Below, one piece after another: positions 21,012 to 28,843 of a DNA stretch of 55,258 bases. The notes under the pieces were generated by a model. That model did not search any database. It saw only the letters and a list, made by a program, of their open reading frames with translations, and had not been told where the DNA came from. This DNA comes from an uncultured Alphaproteobacteria bacterium (GTDB taxonomy: Bacteria; Pseudomonadota; Alphaproteobacteria; UBA2966; CAIVPW01), in the NCBI GenBank assembly GCA_903907895.1, contig CAIVPW010000075.1, positions 1 to 55,258 on the forward strand, written 5' to 3'. How positions within the stretch are numbered: the stretch's first letter is position 1; each line of letters begins with the position of its first letter. The position numbers were made by a program, and so were the translations under genes.

Positions 21012-21770
21012 TCAGCCGCCCGGCGAGCCGCAGGTTGTGCACTTTTCGCGGGCCTGCAGCACAAGCTGTTCGGCCTGCGTGCCGTCGATGTAGCCCGGCA
21101 CCATCACATCGCCGATGAGGAACGCGGGCGTGCCGCTGATACCCACGGTAACACCGAGGGCACGGATTTCGGCCAGGCGGCGGTCGATCCTGGGATCCTG
21201 CATGTCCAGCATCAGGGCGTCTTTGTCGATGCCGGCGTCGGCGGCGATGCGCAGGACGGCATTTTCATCGAAGCGGCCGGGGTAGCGCATCATGGCGTCG
21301 TGGAACTTGGCGAAATGCGGCCTGTCGTGCTCCCACACGGCAAGTGCAGCGCGCGCCGCCAGCACGGACTCCGGCCCCAGAATGGCGAGGTCCTGCAACA
21401 CGAAGCGGACGTTCGGGTTGCGCTCCAGGAAGCCGGCGAGCTGCGGATGGAACTGGCGGCAAAAGGGGCACTTGTAGTCGAAGAACTCGACCACGGTGAT
21501 CTCTCCCGCCGGATTGCCGAGCACCGGCAGGCGCGGGTCGTAGCGCAGCTCCTGCGCCTTGGAGGCGAGCATCGCGAGCTTGCGGTCGCCGATGGCGGCC
21601 TCTTCGCGCTGCTGCACGCGTTCCAGGGCTTCGGCAACGATCTCGGGGTGGTCGTTCAGATAGCTGTGCAGCATGCGCTCGAACGCAACGGGTGCGTACC
21701 ACACGGCCGCGCCTGCCACCGCCGCTGTAAGTACGGCGGCCGCACCAAATGCTGCGAGCGCGCTTCTCAT
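21012..21770 (-). CDS. DsbA-family thiol:disulfide oxidoreductase
   Basis: ATG 21770 overlaps the stop of the upstream M48 gene (ATGA). N-terminal anchor and active site FFDYKCPFCRQF. There is an extra C-terminal CTTC. Confidence 0.85.
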   Translation of the reverse strand: MRSALAAFGAAAVLTAAVAGAAVWYAPVAFERMLHSYLNDHPEIVAEALERVQQREEAAIGDRKLAMLASKAQELRYDPRLPVLGNPAGEITVVEFFDYKCPFCRQFHPQLAGFLERNPNVRFVLQDLAILGPESVLAARAALAVWEHDRPHFAKFHDAMMRYPGRFDENAVLRIAADAGIDKDALMLDMQDPRIDRRLAEIRALGVTVGISGTPAFLIGDVMVPGYIDGTQAEQLVLQAREKCTTCGSPGG

Positions 21771-23131
21771 TGCTGCTGCTTCAGGCGTTCCTCGGACACG
21801 CGTTTGATGTCCTGCGCGCGCAGCCAGCCCGGCGATCCGGAGTCGATGCGGCGGATGGCCATTTCCGCAAAGCGCAAGGCCTCGCGCGAGTTGCCAACGA
21901 GAACATTCTGCTCGGCGCTGGCGAGCGACGCCTGACCCACTTCGCCCGCGCGGCCAAACGCGACCGCGAGGACGCGCCACCCATCGGCGTTGCGCGGCTC
22001 CTGGTTGACGGCGGTACGCAGCTGGTCGATCGCGGTCGCCGTGCGGGTCGGATCCTCGGTGGCGACCAACGCGGAACCCAGGCCGATGCGGATCAGGGGT
22101 TCCATCGGCGCCAGCGCCACGGCGCGCGTGTAGTACTCGATGGCGTCGGCGACGCGTCCGTGCTCCAGCAGAATCTGCCCGCGCAATTCCTGCACGTATG
22201 CGTCGTTCGGTTGCGCCGCTAGCAGGGCGTCGAGCTCGGCCAACGATTCGTCGATGCGGCCGGCGCGGTGATACGCAATCGACCGCGCATACCGTGCGGC
22301 GAACCCGGTGTCCGCCAGGGGATACTTGCGCAACGTGGCGCCGAGCGGCTGCGTGAAGCCAAAGATCTTGGCCTGCGTGCGCGCAAACGCCTCCACCGTT
22401 CCCGCCGGTAGCGGGCGTTCCGGTCCCGCGGCGGCGGCGCGCTCCCGCAGCGCAGCGAGGCGTTCGGGGAACACCGGGTGCGAGCGCACATACGGGTCCT
22501 GGCGGCTTTCCAGCAAGCCGTCCTGCTGCGCCATCAGCTCCATGAACGAGATGAGGCCCCGCGGTGAGTAGCCGGCCTTGATCAGGAGTGAGAGGCCCGC
22601 CTGGTCGGCGGCCGATTCTTGCGTGCGCGAGTAGCGCAGCAGCGAGCGTTCCGCCGCCTCGCGGCCGCCCAGCACAATCGCGGCGCCGGCATCGGCGGCA
22701 CCACCGGCGATGGCTGCCGCGCCCAGAATGAAGGCCACGATGCTCTGCGCCGTCGCGCCCGCCAGGGCCTGCTGGGTGCGCGCCAGATGGCCGCCCGAGA
22801 TGTGGCCGGTCTCGTGTGCGATGACGCCCGCAACTTCGAGCGGGTCGCGCGCGGCAAGGATCAATCCGGTGTTGAGGAACACGCGCTGGCCGCCGGCGAC
22901 GAACGCATTGATGCGCGAGTCGTCCACCAAGTTGATTTCCACCACCGTCGGGTCGAGGTTGGCGGCGGCGAAAATTGGTGCGGCCAGGACGCGGGTGTTA
23001 TGTTCGATCTCGGCGTCGCGGATGAGCCCGCCGCCGTCGGCGGCGAGCGCCTGCAACGGCAGCGCAAGCACGAGCGCCGCGGCAACGATGGCTCGCATCT
23101 GCGTCCGCACCTCTGATCGCTGCAACCGCAT
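21767..23131 (-). CDS. M48-family metalloprotease with TPR domain (BepA-like)
   Basis: ATG 23131 with GGAGAA upstream. Signal peptide, zinc motif HETGHISGGH, and a TPR-like C-terminal half. Confidence 0.85.
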   Translation of the reverse strand: MRLQRSEVRTQMRAIVAAALVLALPLQALAADGGGLIRDAEIEHNTRVLAAPIFAAANLDPTVVEINLVDDSRINAFVAGGQRVFLNTGLILAARDPLEVAGVIAHETGHISGGHLARTQQALAGATAQSIVAFILGAAAIAGGAADAGAAIVLGGREAAERSLLRYSRTQESAADQAGLSLLIKAGYSPRGLISFMELMAQQDGLLESRQDPYVRSHPVFPERLAALRERAAAAGPERPLPAGTVEAFARTQAKIFGFTQPLGATLRKYPLADTGFAARYARSIAYHRAGRIDESLAELDALLAAQPNDAYVQELRGQILLEHGRVADAIEYYTRAVALAPMEPLIRIGLGSALVATEDPTRTATAIDQLRTAVNQEPRNADGWRVLAVAFGRAGEVGQASLASAEQNVLVGNSREALRFAEMAIRRIDSGSPGWLRAQDIKRVSEERLKQQQ

Positions 23132-23145
23132 CGTTCGTTCTCCGT

Positions 23146-24312
23146 ATGAAACCTGGTTCGTCGCGCGCAACAAGTACTCCCGAGGCACGCGGGGCACGGA
23201 TCGCCCCATTCTATGCCATGGAGGTGCTGAAAGCTGCCAACCGCCGCCAAGCGGCCGGCGCCGACGTCCTGCACCTCGAACTGGGCGAGCCCGGGGGCGG
23301 CGCACCCCCCAAGGCACTGGCCGCGGCGCAGACGGCTCTCGCCGGCCGGCTTGGGTATACCGAGGCCCTGGGTCTGCCGTCGTTGCGGGCGCGCATTGGG
23401 CGCCACTATCGCGACGCTTACGGCATTTCTGTGGAGGCGGAGCGGATCGCGATCACGACCGGGTCGTCGGCCGGGTTCCTGCTGGCGTTCCTGGCTGCGT
23501 TCGGGGATGGCGCCCGGGTGGGCATCGCCGAGCCCGGCTATCCTGCATACCGAAACATCCTGGCGGCGCTCGGCATGACTCCTGTCGGCATCCCGACCGG
23601 GCCCGAGACACGCTTTCAGCCGACGCCCGAGCTACTGGGCCGCGCCGGCCGGCTCGACGGCCTCATCGTCGCGAGCCCGGCCAACCCGACCGGCACGATG
23701 CTCGATGCGCCCGCGATGCGGGCGATCGCCGAGTGGTGCGCCGCAAATGGCGTGCGACTGGTGTCCGATGAGGTCTATCACGGCATCACCTTCGGCACGC
23801 GTGCGGTTTGCGCGCTCGAGGTCACGCCTGACGCGATCGCCGTGAACAGTTTCTCGAAGTACTTTTCGCTCACCGGTTGGCGCGTCGGGTGGGCGGTGCT
23901 GCCACCCGACCTCGTCGACTACGTCGAGCGGCTGGCGCAGAACCTGTACATCTCGCCGCCGACCATTTCGCAGATCGCGGCCGAGGCGGCCTTCGATGAC
24001 GCGACGTTTCTAGATGCCAAGGTGGCGGGCTATGCGCGCACCCGCGCGCTGTTGCTGGAGGAGTTGCCGCGGGCAGGGTTCGCGCGACTCGCGCCGGCCG
24101 ATGGCGCGTTCTACCTGTTTGCGGACGTCAGCGAACTGACCGGCGACAGCACCGCGTTCTGTGAGCGCATGCTGGCGGAGACCGGTGTCGCCGCTACGCC
24201 CGGCATCGACTTCGATCCGGTGCGCGGCAAGCGCTTCCTGCGCTTTGCGATCGCCGGTCCGGGCGAACAAATGGCCGAAGCGGCCCGGCGGCTCCGAGCC
24301 TGGAAGCGATAG
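23146..24312 (+). CDS. Pyridoxal-phosphate-dependent aminotransferase (class I/II)
   Basis: 388 aa. APFYAMEVLKAA ... HLELGEP ... NPTGT ... SFSKYFSLTGWRVGW (PLP lysine context). Confidence 0.85.
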   Translation: MKPGSSRATSTPEARGARIAPFYAMEVLKAANRRQAAGADVLHLELGEPGGGAPPKALAAAQTALAGRLGYTEALGLPSLRARIGRHYRDAYGISVEAERIAITTGSSAGFLLAFLAAFGDGARVGIAEPGYPAYRNILAALGMTPVGIPTGPETRFQPTPELLGRAGRLDGLIVASPANPTGTMLDAPAMRAIAEWCAANGVRLVSDEVYHGITFGTRAVCALEVTPDAIAVNSFSKYFSLTGWRVGWAVLPPDLVDYVERLAQNLYISPPTISQIAAEAAFDDATFLDAKVAGYARTRALLLEELPRAGFARLAPADGAFYLFADVSELTGDSTAFCERMLAETGVAATPGIDFDPVRGKRFLRFAIAGPGEQMAEAARRLRAWKR

Positions 24313-24322
24313 GCGAAACGAA

Positions 24323-24355
24323 AATGGCCGGGTGTTACCCCGGCCATTCTGTTTG
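24323..24355. terminator. Bidirectional terminator hairpin between the aminotransferase gene and rne
   Basis: AATGGCCGGG-tgtta-CCCGGCCATT is followed by CTGTTTGAT on the plus strand and preceded by an A-rich run (CGAAAA) that reads as a short U-rich run (UUUUCG) on the minus strand. Confidence 0.6.
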
Positions 24356-24356
24356 A

Positions 24357-27065
24357 TCAGCCTCTTCCGAAGCTCCACCAGCCTTTGCGGCGTGGCTTGT
24401 TCGGGTCTTCCGGCTCGGGTGCGGGCGCCAATTCCATCACCGGTTGCTGCACGGGGGCAGGGGCGGGTGGGGCTGGCGGGGCTGCCGGTTCCGGTGCGCG
24501 TTCGTAGCGGGTTTCTTGCTGCGGAGCCGGTGCATAGCTTGGCTCCGGCGCATAGGTCGGGGGCGAATACGGCGCGGGCTCGGCGTGAGATTCAAACGGG
24601 GCGTGAGTGCCCTCACCGTTGCCGTTGCCGTTGCCGTTCCCATTGAGTGCGGGTGTGCCCTGGCCTTCACCGGTACCGCGGCGGCGACCACGGCGGCGGC
24701 GGCGGCGGCGGCCCGTGCGTTCGCCCTGTTGCCCTTCGCGCGGCGGCTGATCGCCGACGTTACCGTTCACGGCATCGTCGACCGCATCGTCGGCGGCTTC
24801 CATGTCGCTGTCGTCGCCGGGGGCGCCATCGAGTTCGCGGCCGATCTCCAGGTGCAGCGGGCGGAAGCCGCTGTCGCCTGCCGGTTCGCCAGCGTTGTCG
24901 CCCTGAACGTCGCCACGGTTGTTGTCAGTCTGGCCTTCACCAGCCTGCACGCCGTCCTCGCGACGGCGACGGCGGCGTCCACCGCGCTTGCCGCGGCGGC
25001 GGCGCTTGCCTCCGCGTTCATCGCCTTCGCCACGCGGCTCGCGATTCTCGGGGCGGCCGGATGGCTGTTCGCCATCGTCGTCCGCCGCAACCACCTCGGC
25101 ACGCTCCTCGGAGGGCTCCGACTCGGACTCGATCGTCTCTTCGACGACCTCCTCGTCCTCGTCCTCGTCGTCGTCATCCAGCGAGGCAAGTGTGCTCGGC
25201 GCCGCCAGGGCGGGCAGGGGCACGATCGGCTCCACCGGGATCGCGCGCGCCTCGCGCAGGACGCGGTGGGCCGGCGGAATCAGGGTGTGATCGTGCAGGA
25301 TCTGGATGAGCAGCCCAAAGCGGCGTTCCAGATCGACCAGCGCATTGCGCTTCTGGTTGAGCAGGTACATGCCGACTTGCGGCGGCACATGCACGATCAA
25401 CTGGGCGCTGCCCTTGATGCCTTCGTCTTCGATGACGCGCAGGACGTGCAATGCGGCCGATTCGGTCGAGCGCACGAGGCCGGTGCCGCCGCAGGCGGCG
25501 CAAGTCTCGGTGCTGGTCTCGAGCAGCGACGGACGCAGGCGTTGACGCGACAGTTCGAGCAATCCGAACGCGCTGATGCGGCCGACCTGGATGCGGGCGC
25601 GGTCGCCCTTCAGGCAGTCCTTGAGCTTGCGTTCGACGGCGCGATTGTTGCGCCCTTCCTCCATGTCGATGAAGTCGATGACGATGAGGCCGGCCAGGTC
25701 GCGCAGGCGAAGCTGCCGCGCGACTTCTTCTGCCGCCTCGAGATTCGTCTTGGTCGCAGTCTCCTCGATGTTGCGCTCGCGCGTGGCGCGGCCCGAGTTG
25801 ACGTCGATGGCGACCAGCGCCTCGGTCGAGTTGATGACGATGTAGCCGCCCGAGCGCAGTTGCACGCGCGGGCTGTGCATCAGGTCGAGCTGCTGTTCCA
25901 CCTGATGGCGATGGAAGAGCGGGATGCGTTCTTCGTAGCGCTGCACCCGCTTGGCGTGGCTCGGCATGAGCATCTTCATGATGCTCTTTGCCTGCTTGTA
26001 GCCTTCCTCACCCTCGACAAAGACGTCGTCGACGTCCGAGCGGTAGAGGTCGCGGATGGCGCGCTTGATCAGCGAGGCTTCTTCGTACACGAGCGCGGGC
26101 GCCGACGATTGCAGCGTTAGCTCGCGCACGTTGTCCCACATGCGCAGCAGGTATTCGTAGTCGCGGCGGATGTCGGCCTTGGTGCGCTGCTGTCCGGCGG
26201 TGCGCACGATCAGGCCCATGCCGTCCGGCACCTCGAGCCCCTCGATGATCTCGCGCAGCCGCTTGCGGTCGGTGGCTGTGGTGATCTTGCGCGAAACGCC
26301 GCCGCCACGGGCGGTGTTCGGCATCAGCACGCAGTAGCGGCCGGCGAGGGAGAGGTACGTGGTGAGTGCCGCACCCTTGGTGCCGCGCTCTTCCTTCACG
26401 ACCTGCACCAGCATCACCTGCCGGCGCTTGATGACTTCCTGGATCTTGTAGCGGCGCGAATGGCGGCGCGGCTGGAACTCGGTCGCCTCGTCCCCGCCGA
26501 TCGTCTCGGGCTCGGCGTGACGGTGATCGTTACCATGGTCGTGCCGATCGTCGTCGGCGTTGCCATGATCGCCATTGCGATCCCCGTTGTGCTGATCATC
26601 CCCGTACGCAGCCGATGATCCTTCGCCTTCGGGCATCGGCGCCGAATGCTCGTCGCCGAGTGATTCCGGTGCAGCGCCTTCCAGCACTTCGGGGGCAGGC
26701 GGAGGCGTGTCGTGGTGGAGTTCCGTGACCCCACCGTCGTGCCCGCCATCGTCGTCGCGGTGGTGGCGCTCCGCATCCTCTGCCGCGCGCTCGGCCAGCA
26801 ACGCCTGCCGGTCCTCGTACGGGATTTGGTAGTAGTCGGGGTGGATGTCGCCGAAGGCCAGGAAGCCGTGGCGATTGCCGCCGTAATCCACGAAGGCCGC
26901 CTGCAGGGACGGCTCAACGCGCGTCACCTTGGCCAGGTAGATGTTGCCCTTGAGTTGCCGTCGGGCGGCGGATTCGAAGTCGAATTCTTCGAGACGGGTT
27001 CCGTTAACGACTACAACCCGTGTCTCTTCGGGGTGAGCGGCGTCGATAAGCAAGCGCGTTGCCAT
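24357..27065 (-). CDS. rne: Ribonuclease E
   Basis: 902 aa. S1 domain (GNIYLAKVTRVEPSLQAAFVDYG), catalytic core (AIDVNSGR ... IVIDFIDM), Zn-link CAACGGTG. Long Arg-rich, acidic and NG-repeat C-terminal scaffold. Confidence 0.95.
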   Translation of the reverse strand: MATRLLIDAAHPEETRVVVVNGTRLEEFDFESAARRQLKGNIYLAKVTRVEPSLQAAFVDYGGNRHGFLAFGDIHPDYYQIPYEDRQALLAERAAEDAERHHRDDDGGHDGGVTELHHDTPPPAPEVLEGAAPESLGDEHSAPMPEGEGSSAAYGDDQHNGDRNGDHGNADDDRHDHGNDHRHAEPETIGGDEATEFQPRRHSRRYKIQEVIKRRQVMLVQVVKEERGTKGAALTTYLSLAGRYCVLMPNTARGGGVSRKITTATDRKRLREIIEGLEVPDGMGLIVRTAGQQRTKADIRRDYEYLLRMWDNVRELTLQSSAPALVYEEASLIKRAIRDLYRSDVDDVFVEGEEGYKQAKSIMKMLMPSHAKRVQRYEERIPLFHRHQVEQQLDLMHSPRVQLRSGGYIVINSTEALVAIDVNSGRATRERNIEETATKTNLEAAEEVARQLRLRDLAGLIVIDFIDMEEGRNNRAVERKLKDCLKGDRARIQVGRISAFGLLELSRQRLRPSLLETSTETCAACGGTGLVRSTESAALHVLRVIEDEGIKGSAQLIVHVPPQVGMYLLNQKRNALVDLERRFGLLIQILHDHTLIPPAHRVLREARAIPVEPIVPLPALAAPSTLASLDDDDEDEDEEVVEETIESESEPSEERAEVVAADDDGEQPSGRPENREPRGEGDERGGKRRRRGKRGGRRRRRREDGVQAGEGQTDNNRGDVQGDNAGEPAGDSGFRPLHLEIGRELDGAPGDDSDMEAADDAVDDAVNGNVGDQPPREGQQGERTGRRRRRRRGRRRGTGEGQGTPALNGNGNGNGNGEGTHAPFESHAEPAPYSPPTYAPEPSYAPAPQQETRYERAPEPAAPPAPPAPAPVQQPVMELAPAPEPEDPNKPRRKGWWSFGRG

Positions 27066-27400
27066 GTGTTGGCAGCTGCCTCCATAGCAGGCGGGACCGC
27101 CGGCGAACTACGGCATCCCACCCGCCTTGGTCTGTGCGAAGCCGTGAGCGCCACACCCGGCCGCCGTGGCGGTGGAGTAGGCAGCCCCTCCCGGAACATT
27201 CCGGTCCGGCTTCGGGTCCAAAGGGTCTCCGCGCTGTCATAGCGCGGCCGCGAAAGCGGAAAATCCCTGTTAGAACAAGAACTTAGCTATCGCGTCGCGC
27301 CGCTCGCTGCACCCAATACAAAGCTTGGCGCGCGTGAGCCGACTGCGGAGGTTCGCAGAAGCATCTTACTGTTACCGCTGACCCATCAACAATGGGTTAG
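27066..27400 (-). promoter_or_regulatory. Probable long structured 5' leader of rne
   Basis: More than 300 nt of non-coding sequence lie upstream of the rne ATG, with several hairpins (e.g. ACCCAT-tgttg-ATGGGT and CGCGCT-atgac-AGCGCG on the minus strand). Long autoregulatory rne leaders are known in other bacteria. The boundaries here are not determined. Confidence 0.35.
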
Positions 27401-27595
27401 CACACTAGATGCGCCTGAATTTGGTGTCGGCGTTGCCGGATAACAAGAATTTCGTGTATATGTTGGGGGTCCGATACGTAACGGACACTACAGGCAGGCT
27501 CTCCCATCGTCGGTCGCAGTCGACTTCTGACCGTTCTACGACGATTCGCACTGGTTGCGTGGCGCCGTTGGCCTTTTGCCATCCTGGGTCTGGCG

Positions 27596-28732
27596 TTGCT
27601 GGGGTTTTCGGCAGCGCAGGCCGCGCCGATTGCGGCGGGCGTGCGCATGGGCGACCAGAACGGGGCGACCCGCTTCGTCATCGACCTCAGCGAGAACGTC
27701 AAATACACGGTCTCGGTCATCGATGACCCCTACCGGGTGGTCATCGACCTACCCGTTGTCACCTGGCAACTGAGCGACGCCGACGAAAAGCGCCGCCTCG
27801 GCGTGATCGAGCGCTTCCGCTTTGGCCGCTTCGACGCCGACACTTCCCGACTCGTTCTCGACCTCGGCGGGCCGGTCGAGGTGGCGCGCACCTTCGTGCT
27901 GCCGCCCGAAGGCACCTACAGATACCGCCTCGTGGTGGACCTGAAGCCGGTCTCCAAAGAGGCCTTTGTCCCCAACCGGCCGGCCGTCCAGGCCGCACCC
28001 CCGCCGCAGGTGGCGGCCCGCCCGCCGATCACGGAGCGGCCGCGCAATACCAAGCCGGTGGTCGTGCTGGACCCCGGCCACGGAGGTGTCGATCCGGGCG
28101 CCCTCGGCACCACCGGTACGCGTGAAAAGGACATCACGCTGGCGATGGCCAAGGAACTCAAACAGACGCTCGAAGCCTCCGGCCGCTTCACGGTGGTGCT
28201 GACCCGCGACACCGACGTCTTCATTCCGCTGCAGCAGCGCGTGCGCCTGGCGCGGGATGCGGGCGCATCCCTGTTCATGTCGTTGCATGCAGACTCGGTG
28301 AACGTCGCCAGCATCTCGGGCGCCAGCATCTACACGCTGTCCGAGCAGGCCTCGGATAAAGAGGCGGAGGCGCTGGCGGCGAAGGAGAACCGTGCCGATC
28401 TGATCGGCGGCCTGGACCTTGGCGACCAGGGCAACAACGTTGCCGCCATTCTGATCAGCCTGGCGCAGCGCGAAACCATGAACCTGTCGGCGCGGTTTGC
28501 CAGTTACCTGGTGCCGGAGTTCTCCAAGGACTGGCACCTCTTGCGCAACACCCACCGTTTCGCGGGCTTCGCCGTACTGAAGGCACCCGATGTGCCGTCG
28601 GTGCTGGTGGAGCTCGGGTACCTATCCAACCCGAACGACGAGCGCGCGCTGTCACGCCCCGCTGGGCGCAAGCCGGTGGTGGACGCCGTGGCGCGCGCCG
28701 TTAACCGTTATTTCGACCAACATCCGACATAA
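27596..28732 (+). CDS. amiC: N-acetylmuramoyl-L-alanine amidase (AMIN domain + Amidase_3, AmiC-type)
   Basis: AMIN-like N-domain (ATRFVIDLSENVKYTVSVIDDPYRVVIDLP) and amidase_3 core (VVVLDPGHGGVDPGA ... SLHADS). 27596 is a TTG that cuts the signal peptide, so the true start is probably upstream (see finding). Confidence 0.85.
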   Translation: MLGFSAAQAAPIAAGVRMGDQNGATRFVIDLSENVKYTVSVIDDPYRVVIDLPVVTWQLSDADEKRRLGVIERFRFGRFDADTSRLVLDLGGPVEVARTFVLPPEGTYRYRLVVDLKPVSKEAFVPNRPAVQAAPPPQVAARPPITERPRNTKPVVVLDPGHGGVDPGALGTTGTREKDITLAMAKELKQTLEASGRFTVVLTRDTDVFIPLQQRVRLARDAGASLFMSLHADSVNVASISGASIYTLSEQASDKEAEALAAKENRADLIGGLDLGDQGNNVAAILISLAQRETMNLSARFASYLVPEFSKDWHLLRNTHRFAGFAVLKAPDVPSVLVELGYLSNPNDERALSRPAGRKPVVDAVARAVNRYFDQHPT

Positions 28733-28843
28733 ACCCGGACGGCCTAAGCCCAGGAATCGAGGCCATATTTCGGTCACGAAGTTCCGCGAGGTTGCAACGC
28801 CTCGGGCCCCTGGGCACATAACGAAGCGAGAACCCTACCGGGA

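Noticed and set aside
24600-25190. Short tandem DNA repeats (GTTGCC hexamers, CGG/GCG runs, GTC/CTC runs) as a possible CRISPR array or satellite.
   Set aside because: They lie inside the rne reading frame and encode NG, Arg and Asp/Glu low-complexity tracts. There is no repeat-spacer architecture.
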